From NCBI GenBank assembly GCA_041675205.1, contig JBAYUF010000004.1:29898-93897 (forward strand): a DNA stretch of 64,000 bases. Direction: 5' to 3'. The notes below the pieces were generated by a model. That model saw only the letters and a list, made by a program, of their open reading frames with translations, made no database searches and had not been told where the DNA came from. Shown here piece after piece: positions 25,117-35,607 of the stretch. This stretch comes from Patescibacteria group bacterium. GTDB taxonomy: Bacteria > Patescibacteriota > Patescibacteriia > GWA2-46-9. Position 1 is the first letter of the stretch. Each line of letters starts with the position of its first letter. The position numbers were made by a program, and so were the translations under genes.

Positions 25117-25896
25117 TTATCGAATTTCGTACTGCAACGTGACGCTTATATTCACTTCTTGGCTGCCAGGCTCAATAGTCGGCGTTGGTACTGCAGCTTT
25201 CGTTTCCGCCATCATATCTCTCTCCCCGCCGTAGGCAAGCGGATACACTGGTGGCTGACCACTTGTTCCTTCCGACACTGAAAGGAGTCGCCCTAATCGG
25301 AAGTTACCGGCCTCAGCAATATCTTTTGCTTTGGCTTGCGCCTTGGCAAAAGCTTCGGCGCGCGCTTCGTTTTCTGATGCGGTTGGGTCGTCTACCGTGA
25401 ACTGCAAACCAGAAACCGAATTAGCACCATTTGCTACAACACCAGAAAGTAACGTTCCAGCCTTAGCAAAATCGTGCACCTTTACACCAACGCTTTGGCT
25501 CACTGTGTAGCCAACGATTGATGGTGGTGGGCAAGGAGCAACACCGGTACATGGGTAGTACTGGTAACTTGGTGAAACGTTATAGCCCTGTGTGCGAATG
25601 TCTTTCTTGTCTACCCCCTGCGCCTTCAAGTAGTCAATAGCGGCATTGGTCTTTTCGGTGTTCTTTGTTTGGAGCACCGCCACGTCGTCCTTGCCTTCAG
25701 TAATAACCGTAAAACTAAATTCGGCCACATCTGGCACCACCACAGCCTTACCATCACCACTCACCGAGAAACTACGAAACGACGTTGGTTCCGCAGCCCG
25801 ACTGTATGTTTTCACGTACGCCAACGCACTTACTGCTACTGCCGCAAGCGTGAACGTACCGACAATATAAAGCGCATTTTGAATTCTTTGATTCAT
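25117..25896 (-). CDS. SIMPL domain (DUF541, BP26/OMP28-like) secreted protein
   Basis: It has a signal peptide and is related to the second paralog at 28202-28969. It is Val/Thr-rich and likely beta-rich. Confidence 0.72.
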   Translation of the reverse strand: MNQRIQNALYIVGTFTLAAVAVSALAYVKTYSRAAEPTSFRSFSVSGDGKAVVVPDVAEFSFTVITEGKDDVAVLQTKNTEKTNAAIDYLKAQGVDKKDIRTQGYNVSPSYQYYPCTGVAPCPPPSIVGYTVSQSVGVKVHDFAKAGTLLSGVVANGANSVSGLQFTVDDPTASENEARAEAFAKAQAKAKDIAEAGNFRLGRLLSVSEGTSGQPPVYPLAYGGERDMMAETKAAVPTPTIEPGSQEVNISVTLQYEIR

Positions 25897-25949
25897 AGTG
25901 TTTTTAAATAGTAAGTATTTTTAGTATAGCACAGACGGGAAGAGAGGGT

Positions 25950-26660
25950 CGCACCATTATTGGGGCGACCCTCTCGAAACCTCTTCAAACCTGCACCCCC
26001 TCGCTCAGCGCCAGCGCGAACTAGAATGCTTGCGTGGCGTGAAGTGAAAGGCGCCGATTGTCGGCGCAGGCGGCGGAGACTGCCGGTTGCAGGTGTCCGG
26101 CCTGCGTCGTGCCCGCTCACGCTCTCAATCGGAGAGGTACGGACCCGTTTTCCATGCCCACGGACCACCTTCGCCATGCGCCCGCTTACCCGGAAAAGGA
26201 ATCGCAGGCGCGCCAGGCACCGGAGATGCGAAAGTCCCATGGTCGTCGACGAAGTAGAGCACTCCGCCGCGCCACGCGACTGACCGCCTGGTCTTCCTGG
26301 CGAACCGCCTCTGGGTCGCACGGCGACGTTCCTTCACCTTCGAATGCCTCGAATGCGACGATGACGTCGACTGCTTCTTGGGGGAAGCCGCTACCGATTG
26401 CACCGGCTCCTCCATCCTCACGCCATGCGCTCGGACGGAAGCCTTATCGAGCTGACCAACGAGCACCACGCCGCGTGCCCCTTCTTCGGCAATCTTGAAA
26501 TAGTGCCTGCAACTGCACTGCGCCTACAGATCGCCACCCCCGCCCTGCTCGTCTTCCAGAACGTCCTTGTCGACTCGACAAGACGCACGATCGCGCCGCA
26601 GCTACGATGGCGAAAGTACTGGTCAATCCAGGGTCCTTGCTCTTCTGCATACATGATGCT
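25950..26660. other. GC-rich (about 62%) block with mutually overlapping ORFs in several frames, likely degraded foreign DNA
   Basis: No frame gives a convincing protein. A minus-strand ATG at 26654 with an AGGAGG SD opens a 78-aa ORF (26418-26654), and adjacent minus ORFs lie in shifted frames. Confidence 0.3.
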
Positions 26661-26872
26661 TTCCTCCTGCCTTGGGTTCAAAATTGTGCCTAACCTGCCT
26701 CCTGACTCTTCGGGAACGAAAGAACTCTATGGGAGAAGTAAGAAAAAGGCAAGATAAACATAACTTTTCTTGCTCATCCAAGAAAAGTCACCAGAAGTCA
26801 TGCCAGAGGCAGATCCGCCTTTGGTGGACTGGTCTCTATTATTTTAACGAAGCAAAAGAGTAATGAAATCCC

Positions 26873-28102
26873 TTACTCCAGTGCTTTTTTATACTTTTCA
26901 ACAATTTTAGAAAACCCTTCTCGCTCCCCATCTGCTATCGGTTCACCAGGTGGCAAAACTTCCGCTAATGGATTAACTTTCACACCATTTTTAACAAGTT
27001 CATAGTGCACATGCGGCCCCGTAGAGAACCCTGTTGAGCCAACGTAGCCGATAACATCTCCTTGGCTCACCTTTTCCCCACGTTTCACTGCAAATTTGGA
27101 CATATGAGCGTAGTTGGTACTGAAGGTGGCATTGTGTCGAACAGAGACCTTATTACCATATGAGCCGTCCCATCCAGCGAGTGTAACGGTACCGTCTCCT
27201 ACAGCTCGAATTGGCGTGCCGTACGACGCAGCATAATCTATTGCCCGATGCCCCGTGCTCACGTTAAAGGCTTGCACGTACCGCCTGCCCGTTGTGAAGC
27301 CAGACGAAATATACCGATACGCTACCGGTGCTTTCAAAAAAAGTTTACGAACGCTATTCCCATTATCGTCATAGTATTGAAATTCGCTGCCCGGTACGGT
27401 GTAGCCAATCGCATACGCCGCCGTACCAGCATTCACATATTTCCCCGCGAGTACCCGGCCTGAACCTGCCTTTTCTCCATTGAGGAATCGTTCTTCATAT
27501 ACAACGGCGAACGTATCCCCGCTGCGAACATCTTGGGAAAAATCAACACTCCACTGCAACGAATCGGCAAATGCGATGACCGTTGCTTCATCTATGCCAG
27601 CAGCTAGCGCCGACTGATACAACGTTTCAGAAACAACCCCCGTCGCCGTACGCTCCGTTACCTCATACGGAATTGCTTGTCGCACAGCTCGCCACGCGCC
27701 GCTTTCGTCTCGCGTTACAATCAATTCTTCTTCGTCATCGATGTCGTAAACAAGTCGACCCAGTATGGCGCCAGCTGAATCAAAATAGAGTGCAATTGTT
27801 CGACCACTCCGAATAGTAGCAAGATCGTAAACCGCAAATGCCGCATCATAGATACTCGACGAAGCTTCAGTTGTTATGCCAGCGCTCGTCATGAGTACCC
27901 CATAGGTCGCCCCGTCGCTAATTGCAACGATTTTTTTGTGCTCGTCTGAAGCGGCAACCTTATTTGCCGGATGCACAAATTCTGAAGCCGTACCGTACTG
28001 ATTAATCGCTTTGTACGACGTCAGGCACGCGAGTACCGCGGCGGCTATAAGAAGCGTATGTTTTAGTGACAACATTGCACGCAGCATAACACAGCTACGC
28101 AT
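26873..28102 (-). CDS. M23 family metallopeptidase (LytM domain) with signal peptide
   Basis: The C-terminal catalytic motifs HRAIDY and GSTGFSTGPHVHYE are present. Confidence 0.85.
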   Translation of the reverse strand: MRSCVMLRAMLSLKHTLLIAAAVLACLTSYKAINQYGTASEFVHPANKVAASDEHKKIVAISDGATYGVLMTSAGITTEASSSIYDAAFAVYDLATIRSGRTIALYFDSAGAILGRLVYDIDDEEELIVTRDESGAWRAVRQAIPYEVTERTATGVVSETLYQSALAAGIDEATVIAFADSLQWSVDFSQDVRSGDTFAVVYEERFLNGEKAGSGRVLAGKYVNAGTAAYAIGYTVPGSEFQYYDDNGNSVRKLFLKAPVAYRYISSGFTTGRRYVQAFNVSTGHRAIDYAASYGTPIRAVGDGTVTLAGWDGSYGNKVSVRHNATFSTNYAHMSKFAVKRGEKVSQGDVIGYVGSTGFSTGPHVHYELVKNGVKVNPLAEVLPPGEPIADGEREGFSKIVEKYKKALE

Positions 28103-28201
28103 GGATACGAAACGGAATACACAGCGTACTAGTACATTGAAACATTGCGAAAGAAACGCCCGGCGCCAATGGCACAGGACGTTTCTTTTGGGTCTTTTAC
28201 T

Positions 28202-28969
28202 TTACTTTAAGCGGTAGTTCAAATTTACTTCAACAACGATTTCATTCACCCCAGCTGGCACAATTGGAGAACCACCTCCCCCACCACCTGCGCCTAAGCC
28301 CTCACCGTAGTACGGCGTCGGCCCAGGAACAGAAATTGGATTCTCCCACCAACCCACCACATCTCGCAGCCGGACACCAAGGCCGCTGGCAATGGCACCC
28401 GCTTTCGTCTTAGCATCTGCAATGGCAGCCAGCCGAGCCTGCTGTCGCAGCTCTTCAAGGTTTGATGGCGAGAAAGAAATACCAAAGACCTGATTCGCAC
28501 CGGCCGCTGTTGCCGCGGCAATGATGCCTGAAGTTCGGTTCGTGTCGTCTTTGGCTTGCTTTATGGTAATGGTAATGAGCTGATTCGCGGTATAACCGAC
28601 TGGTCGATTTTGACCGTTTACATACTCATAGCGGGCCTGCAACGTGTAACTCTGTGTGGCGATATCTTCCTTGAGCACACCAGCTTTCTCAATGGCAGCC
28701 AATACTTTACTGATGCGAGTGTTTAATTCGGTCAACGCTTTGGCCGCTTCTGTTTCTGTATCAACATTCACGCCAAGCGTTACCTTGGCCTCGTCTGATT
28801 CATAGGGAACAGTGGCGCGACCAGTAACTGAAATCTGCCACTGCGGGTAATTAACTATTCTGTCGCGTAAAATAGCGACAAGCACAACGGCGGTGAGAGC
28901 CACAATGCCAAGCCCCAAAAGCACCAGACGGCTACCGTTGCCTCCGGCGCGTATTGTTGAGATGTCCAT
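28202..28969 (-). CDS. SIMPL domain (DUF541) protein, paralog 2
   Basis: It has an N-terminal TM anchor, and its domain architecture matches the gene at 25117-25896. Confidence 0.72.
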   Translation of the reverse strand: MDISTIRAGGNGSRLVLLGLGIVALTAVVLVAILRDRIVNYPQWQISVTGRATVPYESDEAKVTLGVNVDTETEAAKALTELNTRISKVLAAIEKAGVLKEDIATQSYTLQARYEYVNGQNRPVGYTANQLITITIKQAKDDTNRTSGIIAAATAAGANQVFGISFSPSNLEELRQQARLAAIADAKTKAGAIASGLGVRLRDVVGWWENPISVPGPTPYYGEGLGAGGGGGGSPIVPAGVNEIVVEVNLNYRLK

Positions 28970-29057
28970 AGTTTGAAAATTGGTGCGACATAATTATCGC
29001 TACTATTTCTAGTATAGAGCAGTTCTTTCTCGAAAGACAATTCTATAGTTTTTGTAA

Positions 29058-29094
29058 AAAAGAAATACCGCTCCTTTTGAGAGCGGTATTTCAA
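29058..29094 (-). terminator. Rho-independent terminator
   Basis: The hairpin aaataccgctc-cttttga-gagcggtattt is followed by a T-run on the minus strand, downstream of gene 29108-29398. Confidence 0.75.
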
Positions 29095-29107
29095 TACAGT
29101 GCTCCGT

Positions 29108-29398
29108 TTACTTCTTTCCTTTTTTCTTGCCTTTCGCAGAAGAAACAGCCTTGATTGTTAATAGCGCCGCCAAAGCACCAAGAGCAATTTTTGCATTCCG
29201 CTTCGTGTTAGCGTCCAGTGCTTCGTAATGTGCCTTACCACGTTTTGCCAAAGTTTTTACGTCTGCGGTCACGCCCATAAGGTCACTTGCCAGCATGGCA
29301 ACTTTGTCGTTCAAACTGTTGACTGTCTTGTTATTTAAATGTTTTGCAACCTTCGCTTGTAATTGCTTCACTACCGGTGGCATTTTTTTCTTTTTCAT
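29108..29398 (-). CDS. Hypothetical small Lys-rich protein with C-terminal hydrophobic segment
   Basis: It is 96 aa with no recognisable family. Confidence 0.45.
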   Translation of the reverse strand: MKKKKMPPVVKQLQAKVAKHLNNKTVNSLNDKVAMLASDLMGVTADVKTLAKRGKAHYEALDANTKRNAKIALGALAALLTIKAVSSAKGKKKGKK

Positions 29399-29410
29399 AC
29401 TTTTTCGTAG

Positions 29411-29427
29411 TGTGAATAATATTCACA
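29411..29427. promoter_or_regulatory. Perfect palindrome TGTGAATA-A-TATTCACA (CRP/FNR-like TGTGA-N7-TCACA)
   Basis: It lies 13-29 nt upstream of the start of gene 29108-29398. A second hairpin (tgtacg-ccgag-cgtaca) follows at 29429-29445. Confidence 0.45.
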
Positions 29428-29455
29428 GTGTACGCCGAGCGTACAGGAACTACAA

Positions 29456-30697
29456 CTACCGGTCTCGGCGATAGCCGCCGCGTTGTGGCCGCGACGAATG
29501 GCCAGAACTGCGACGCGGTGGAAAATTATTGCGACGACTATCAGAACGCTCCGTATACTCGCTTCGCGATTCAGCCCGCGCTGGAGGTAATTCAGGCAGC
29601 CGAGAAATAGGTAACACGCGACGAATTAACCGTTCAATTTGCCGCACCGTATCCCCTTGTCCGGGAGCCGCGAACGAAATAGCATGGCCACCCTTACCCG
29701 CTCGTCCGGTACGACCAATGCGGTGCACGTAATCATCTGGATTATCTGGCAAGTCAAAGTTAAGCACCAACTCAATGCCAGTAACGTCGATACCGCGCGC
29801 CGCAATATCGGTCGCGACAAGTACTCGATACTTTCCAGATTTAAAACCATCAAGCGCTTCACGACGTTGGGCCAGGGTGCGATTAGAGTGAATTTCCGCT
29901 GAGTTCACTTTGGCTTTGCGGATGTCCAGCGCAATTTTTTTTGCACCGTGCTTCGTGCGTGAAAACACCAACACTGTCCCACGGTATTCACCGAGCAGTC
30001 GTTCGAGTAATCTAATTTTATCCCGCTGTGGCACCACGAATAATTCGTGGGTTACTTGAGAGGCAGCCGTTCCCGGCGGCGCGACTTCAACGCGAATCGG
30101 AAGCTGCAGGTAGACCGTGGCCAATTTCATAATTTCCGGGGGCATAGTTGCCGAAAAGAGCATTGTTTGCCCACCCTTTGGAACGCGATTCATAATTTGT
30201 TTGAGCTGCGGCGCAAAACCCATGTCGAGCATCCGGTCTGCTTCGTCTAACACCACTACCCGAACGTCATCCAGTGTTAAAATGCGTTGCTCAAGGTGGT
30301 CAATGAGTCGACCGGGCGTTGCCACAATGAGGTGTGGTCGGGCACGCAGGCTCCTAATTTGCCGATCCATTGAAGCGCCACCAATAAGAACAGCAGTGCG
30401 CAAATTGAATTGGCGGCCTATTTTCATAAGCACCTCTTCAACTTGCAGTGCCAGTTCACGTGTCGGAAGCACCACCAGGCCACGACCGCCGCTCGTTGCA
30501 ATTCGTTGCAAAAGTGGAATACCAAACGCTAATGTCTTACCAGTACCCGTTTGGGCAATACCAACAATATCCTTCCCTTGAATAGCAATGGGAATGGATT
30601 GTTTTTGAATCGGCGTTGGTTTAATGAACTTCGCCTTATCGAGAGCCTCGAGAAGACGTGGAGCAATACCTAAGCCGTAAAATGTATCGTCTGGCAT
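29456..30697 (-). CDS. DEAD-box ATP-dependent RNA helicase
   Basis: The Q-motif, AQTGTGKT, DEAD (VLDEADRM) and SAT motifs are present. The start is at MPDDTFYGLG. Confidence 0.9.
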   Translation of the reverse strand: MPDDTFYGLGIAPRLLEALDKAKFIKPTPIQKQSIPIAIQGKDIVGIAQTGTGKTLAFGIPLLQRIATSGGRGLVVLPTRELALQVEEVLMKIGRQFNLRTAVLIGGASMDRQIRSLRARPHLIVATPGRLIDHLEQRILTLDDVRVVVLDEADRMLDMGFAPQLKQIMNRVPKGGQTMLFSATMPPEIMKLATVYLQLPIRVEVAPPGTAASQVTHELFVVPQRDKIRLLERLLGEYRGTVLVFSRTKHGAKKIALDIRKAKVNSAEIHSNRTLAQRREALDGFKSGKYRVLVATDIAARGIDVTGIELVLNFDLPDNPDDYVHRIGRTGRAGKGGHAISFAAPGQGDTVRQIERLIRRVLPISRLPELPPARAESRSEYTERSDSRRNNFPPRRSSGHSSRPQRGGYRRDR

Positions 30698-30744
30698 GAA
30701 GAGCCTAGGTCTACCACAGTTTATCGCTTGTGTCAATCACTGCG

Positions 30745-32538
30745 TTACTTTCGAAGGGCATTCCGCAGTATTCGCTTACGTAAACGAATACTGGTTGGCG
30801 TTACTTCAACGAGTTCGTCGTCGCCAATGTACTCAAGTGCTAGTTCAATATTCTGTTCACGCTTTGGGGCTAAATCGCTCGTCGTTAAATCTTTATTTGC
30901 TCGAAAGTTTGACAATTGCTTCGCCTTACAAACGTTAATGACGATATCCTCGGCTTTGGCGTTCTCCCCTACAACCTGGCCTTCATATACTGTTTCACCT
31001 GCCCCCACAAAATACTCACCGCGGTCTTGGGCGTGGAGCAATGCATAGGGGGTACAAATGCCCGTCTCGTGCGCAATCAGTGAACCATGCGGCGCTGCTT
31101 CTAATCCTTGAATTTTTGGATGGTATCCAGCCACGAGTGAGTTCATTATACCCGTGCCTTTGGTCTCGATAATAAACTTGTGACGGAAACCAATGAGCCC
31201 TCGTGTTGGCGCGAAGAAATGGAAATGCGCCGTCTCGTTTTCAACGTGCATATTTTTAAGCTCACCTTTCCGCTGCGTCATCTCTTTAATGACCATACCC
31301 GAGTACGCATCAGCCACGTCCACCCAGACGTCTTCCATAGGCTCAGATAGTACGCCATCGATGTCTTTCATAATCACCTCAGGTCGGGATACCTGCAGCT
31401 CAAACCCTTCGCGACGCATTTTTTCAATGAGAATGGCCAAATGGAGCTCACCGCGGCCACTTACCACAAATTCCTCGGCTGAACCTCCCCGCTCCACTTC
31501 TAAAGCAACGTCATTTTCCAGCTCTTTCTTGAGGCGCTCATCAATGTTACGCGAGGTGCCAAGCTTCCCCTCTTTACCCGCAAAAGGAGACGTATTCACC
31601 CCAAAGGTCATACGAACCGTCGGCTTTTCAATGTTGATTGGTGGCAACGCTTCTGGCGCTGCGGTGCTCGCGATAGTGTCGCCAATGTGCACGTTGTCTA
31701 TGCCAGCCAAGACAGCAATATCACCAGATTCAACCCGCTCAACTTGAGTGCGGGCAAGGCCTTGAAAGGTCATCAGGGCGCTCAATTTCTGACGCTTCAT
31801 AGGGCTGCCGTCAAATGGTAAGTGCGCAATCGTTGCGCCGTTTTCAATGCTCCCCCGCTCAATACGGCCAAGCCCTAATCGACCCAAATAATTATCGTAC
31901 ACAGTGGCAACAACCATCAGCTGCAGCTCACCATCCGGATTAACATGCGGCACCGGAATGTGTTTCACGATTGCCTCAAAAAGAGGCGTAACGTTCTTCA
32001 TAGTATCGAGCTCCGGCGTAACACCCGCTAACCCAAGTTTGCCTGAAGCGTAGATGATAGGAAAATTAAGCTGCTCGTCATTAGCATTAAACTCCATAAA
32101 AAGCTCAATGACACGGTCAAGGACGTAGGCAATACGAGCACTCGGTTTATCAATCTTATTAATGACAACAATAATTTTATGCCCGGCGTCCAAGGCCTTT
32201 TTCAGAACAAAACGAGTCTGCGGCATTGGCCCTTCCTGTGCATCAACGAGTAAAAGCGACCCATCCGCCATATTAAGCACGCGCTCTACCTCACCACCGA
32301 AATCAGCGTGCCCAGGGGTATCAATAATATTAATTTTTGTGCCATCAAAAATAACGGAAGCGTTTTTGGCAAAAATGGTGATGCCACGCTCTCGCTCAAG
32401 CTCATTGGTATCCATGATGAGATCTTCAGTAGCAAATTTTCCAAGATTTGTGCCGGATTGCTTCAAGAAAGCATCAACCATGGTGGATTTACCGTGGTCA
32501 ACGTGAGCAATAATGGCAATGTTTCGTACTGTACCCAT
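30745..32538 (-). CDS. typA: Translational GTPase TypA/BipA
   Basis: [15 protein letters not shown] and the EF-G-like domain order match TypA, in a 597-aa protein. Confidence 0.93.
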   Translation of the reverse strand: MGTVRNIAIIAHVDHGKSTMVDAFLKQSGTNLGKFATEDLIMDTNELERERGITIFAKNASVIFDGTKINIIDTPGHADFGGEVERVLNMADGSLLLVDAQEGPMPQTRFVLKKALDAGHKIIVVINKIDKPSARIAYVLDRVIELFMEFNANDEQLNFPIIYASGKLGLAGVTPELDTMKNVTPLFEAIVKHIPVPHVNPDGELQLMVVATVYDNYLGRLGLGRIERGSIENGATIAHLPFDGSPMKRQKLSALMTFQGLARTQVERVESGDIAVLAGIDNVHIGDTIASTAAPEALPPINIEKPTVRMTFGVNTSPFAGKEGKLGTSRNIDERLKKELENDVALEVERGGSAEEFVVSGRGELHLAILIEKMRREGFELQVSRPEVIMKDIDGVLSEPMEDVWVDVADAYSGMVIKEMTQRKGELKNMHVENETAHFHFFAPTRGLIGFRHKFIIETKGTGIMNSLVAGYHPKIQGLEAAPHGSLIAHETGICTPYALLHAQDRGEYFVGAGETVYEGQVVGENAKAEDIVINVCKAKQLSNFRANKDLTTSDLAPKREQNIELALEYIGDDELVEVTPTSIRLRKRILRNALRK

Positions 32539-32559
32539 AAAAAAAATAACGCGGCTAAC

Positions 32560-33150
32560 GTTGCGGCGCTTGCATACTCTACCCGCTTTCGACTAAAAAA
32601 GCAAGCCTAGCTTTGGGATGAGGCGGGTCAGCTAAAAGCTGCCCGCCTCGAGAAAAGGGTCACGTCACGACTGCGATTGGACTACTGAAGCCGCCTCCCA
32701 AGGCCAAAACCAATCGCTGAGTACAGTACAACGAAATTCCAGTACGAGTTACTCACATTCCTCATCACGAGGACGGGTAATGTGACGTACCACTGCACGG
32801 TTGTGTACCAGGACTCAGGCTCTTGTGTTTCTTCTGGTTTCATCTGCCCTACTCCTTTCTCCTCAACAATACAAACCTAGACCTCAAACCAAAGTTGGTC
32901 AACAAGGTACAACGCCTTGCTACCTTCGCTATGGGTTTTTATTTCATACCCCATAGGCTCGAGGTAGGCGTACGGAAGCGAAGACTGGTTGGTAGCCTTC
33001 GAGCCGCACTGTTTAAGTCCGAGCACCAGCGAGGACGAGTTTACGGCGAGCAATCAGTCGCAGTGAACCGTACCCACAACTCGGGCCGAGGGCGTCATTC
33101 TTTTGGTGACTTTTCTTAGACGAGTAAGAAAAGACACATCATGAACTTGC
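32560..33150. other. Long (about 640 bp) structured non-coding region between divergent typA and lexA
   Basis: Multiple stable hairpins are present. The first (gaggcgggtcagc...gctgcccgcctc) has about 12 bp. The second (ctatggg...cccatag) has 7 bp. The third (ggctcgagg...gccttcgagcc) has 9 bp. There is no convincing ORF. Confidence 0.35.
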
Positions 33151-33152
33151 GT

Positions 33153-33172
33153 TACTATACGTTCGTACAGTA
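33153..33172 (+). promoter_or_regulatory. Candidate SOS (LexA) box TACTATACGTTCGTACAGTA
   Basis: It matches the E. coli-type CTGT-N8-ACAG consensus with one mismatch (CTAT) and lies 12 nt upstream of the lexA ATG. Confidence 0.55.
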
Positions 33173-33183
33173 AACTATTATCC

Positions 33184-33756
33184 ATGACAACGCATGTAGA
33201 AAAGTTAGCGCAGTTCTATCGCACGCGCGATCGCATGCCAAGCTATGGTGAGCTCACAACGCTTTTAGGTTTTCGTTCTAAAAACGCCGCCACCTACTGG
33301 GTGGAACGTTGGCTGGAGCACGGTGTCGTAAAGCGTGACCGAACTGGTCGACTGCTCCCCGGTAAAGCACTCCTACCCATTCGACTGCTGGGTGACATCC
33401 AAGCTGGGTTTCCTTCTCCAGCAGAAGAAGAGAACGTCGACACTATCTCTCTTGACGACTGGTTGATTGAACAACGGGAATCAAGCTTTATGCTGCGCGT
33501 CTCCGGAGATTCAATGCAAGACGCTGGCATTCTAACCGGTGACTACGTCATTTTAGAACGTGGACGTACTCCTAAGAACGGCGACATTGTGGTGGCTGAA
33601 GTAGACAGTGCCTGGACTATGAAATATTTCGAACGGAAAAACGGTGTCGTTGCTCTGCGGTCAGGGAACCGGCGCTACCCAACACTTCGCCCCAAAGAAA
33701 CATTAACTATCGCTGGTGTTGTTACCGTTGTTATTCGTCGCTACAAAACGCTATGA
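33184..33756 (+). CDS. lexA: LexA repressor (S24 peptidase)
   Basis: An N-terminal winged HTH and the C-terminal S24 Ser/Lys dyad (SGDSM...K) are present. Confidence 0.88.
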   Translation: MTTHVEKLAQFYRTRDRMPSYGELTTLLGFRSKNAATYWVERWLEHGVVKRDRTGRLLPGKALLPIRLLGDIQAGFPSPAEEENVDTISLDDWLIEQRESSFMLRVSGDSMQDAGILTGDYVILERGRTPKNGDIVVAEVDSAWTMKYFERKNGVVALRSGNRRYPTLRPKETLTIAGVVTVVIRRYKTL

Positions 33757-35057
33757 ACCCAGAAGGCACGCACTGGAAACGGGTCATTATCCACCTTGAT
33801 GGGGATGCTTTTTTTGCCAGCTGTGAGCAAGCCATGCACCCAGAGTATCGTGGCAAACCTGTTATCACGGGTAAAGAACGTGGCATTGTGGCTGCCGCCA
33901 GCTACGAAGCGAAGGCCTTAGGTATACAGCGAGGTGTAGCGTTATGGGATGTAAAAAAAATTTGCCCTGAGGCTATTATTGTGCCGTCAGATTACGAAAC
34001 CTATTCACTTTTCTCGGAACGAATGTTTGCCATCATGCGCCGCTATACTTCCACCATTGAAGAATACGGCATTGATGAGGGGTTTGCAGACATTACTGGC
34101 CTCGCTCGCCCCCTCGGTTTATCGTACATTCAAATTGCGCAAGCCATGCAAACGGCTATTCATCGAGAGCTTGGCATAACCGTTTCCGTTGGCATGGGGC
34201 CGTCGAAAGTGTTGGCGAAGCTTGGTTCAAAACATAAAAAACCAAACAGCCTTACCGTTATTTCCCCGGGGGAGAGAATCGGCTACCTCGCAGCAACACC
34301 AGTAGGAAAACTTTGGGGCGTCGGGCCACGCACTGCCGCCTATTGCCATACGCTGCACATAGAAACAGCCCTTGATTTTGCCAGCCAACCACTCGCACTC
34401 GTAACCCGCCGCTTCACGAAGCCGCTGGTTGAACTGTGGCATGAACTACAGGGCGAATCAGTACTCCCCGTGGTAACGGCAATAAAAAATACCTATGCCA
34501 GTATCAGTAAAACAAAAACATTTACTGCATCTCGCTGTCGAGAGCTTGTCTATGCACAGCTTTTAAAAAATGTAGAGAATGCGTGCATAAAAACGCGCCG
34601 GTACGACCTGGCAAGCAAGAAAATCATTATCTTCCTCAAGCAAAATGATTTTCGAACAAGCGCAGCTGAAGCCTCATTAACGCGTGCCACCGCCTACCCA
34701 CAAGACCTGGCGCGAGTGCTTCATGATTTGTTTGACCGCATCTTTATACCAGGTACCGACTACCGTGCCACGGGCATCGTCCTGACCGACATGGTTCTAA
34801 GTGCAGACGTGCAGCGAGCACTCTTTGAGCCACCCGTGACCCTTGAACGATTGCACAACGTGTACGAAGCCGTTGATGAATTAGCTGAGAAGTATGGCAA
34901 ACACACTGTTCACTTAGCTGGCAGTGAAATGGCTCATAGAGAACCTGCCCACAACTCCCAGAGAAGCGAGCTGCCAGAACGAAAACGAACACGGCTGCGA
35001 GGTGAAACCACCAGAAAACATTTGGCTATTCCCCTACTCCTGCACGAGCTACGATAA
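33753..35057 (+). CDS. Y-family DNA polymerase (UmuC/DinB-like, translesion)
   Basis: IIHLDGDAFFASCE and SYEAKALGI motifs are present. The start overlaps the lexA stop (ATGA). Confidence 0.85.
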   Translation: MNPEGTHWKRVIIHLDGDAFFASCEQAMHPEYRGKPVITGKERGIVAAASYEAKALGIQRGVALWDVKKICPEAIIVPSDYETYSLFSERMFAIMRRYTSTIEEYGIDEGFADITGLARPLGLSYIQIAQAMQTAIHRELGITVSVGMGPSKVLAKLGSKHKKPNSLTVISPGERIGYLAATPVGKLWGVGPRTAAYCHTLHIETALDFASQPLALVTRRFTKPLVELWHELQGESVLPVVTAIKNTYASISKTKTFTASRCRELVYAQLLKNVENACIKTRRYDLASKKIIIFLKQNDFRTSAAEASLTRATAYPQDLARVLHDLFDRIFIPGTDYRATGIVLTDMVLSADVQRALFEPPVTLERLHNVYEAVDELAEKYGKHTVHLAGSEMAHREPAHNSQRSELPERKRTRLRGETTRKHLAIPLLLHELR

Positions 35058-35059
35058 CT

Positions 35060-35596
35060 CTAACCACCAACAATAAGTCTGTAGAGTAATTTCGTTATTG
35101 GATCAAGGTCTGGACCATATACCAATAACCCACCAAGACCACCCGTTAAGGTAACTGCCATAAGCCCTGCCATCGCAGTAACTGGCGCTAACCAACTCGA
35201 AACGACACGCTCTGCGATACGCGCTAGGTTAAATACGAATGACGGTAGTCCTTTTGCTACTCGACCACTCAGGCGTTCGAGTAGCCCAAACTCTGTAGCA
35301 ACAACAAGGACGTAGCAAACAGCAAGCACACTGAAAATGATAGTGGTTGTCTGCGCCGCTAGTTCGTGAAGCTCAAGAATGCGCAGAAAATCCCCACCCG
35401 CGCCGAATGACTCACCGGCAATATCACCGGTTAACAATGCCACTCCGGCACCGATAGTCCCTGGTAGGAGAAAAAGTGCCTTGGCATATCGCCACCATGG
35501 CAGAGCGAGCACAATTCGGAACCGTAAAAATTCCAACCCGACATACACGGTGAGTAGCGCGATTGGAAAATGAACAACGATTGGATGAATATCCAT
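35060..35596 (-). CDS. Hypothetical membrane protein (DUF2231-like)
   Basis: It has 4-5 TM helices and is probably co-transcribed with the upstream nuclease gene. Confidence 0.45.
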   Translation of the reverse strand: MDIHPIVVHFPIALLTVYVGLEFLRFRIVLALPWWRYAKALFLLPGTIGAGVALLTGDIAGESFGAGGDFLRILELHELAAQTTTIIFSVLAVCYVLVVATEFGLLERLSGRVAKGLPSFVFNLARIAERVVSSWLAPVTAMAGLMAVTLTGGLGGLLVYGPDLDPITKLLYRLIVGG

Positions 35597-35607
35597 ACGT
35601 TTTTTAT

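Noticed and set aside
32900-33110. RNase P RNA in the typA-lexA intergenic region (P4-like UUAAGUCCGAGCACCA and ACAACUCGGGCC)
   Set aside because: The two P4-like strands are only about 65 nt apart, whereas real RNase P RNA has them about 290 nt apart, and no P1/P2/P3 context is evident. The region is kept only as a generic structured-RNA candidate.
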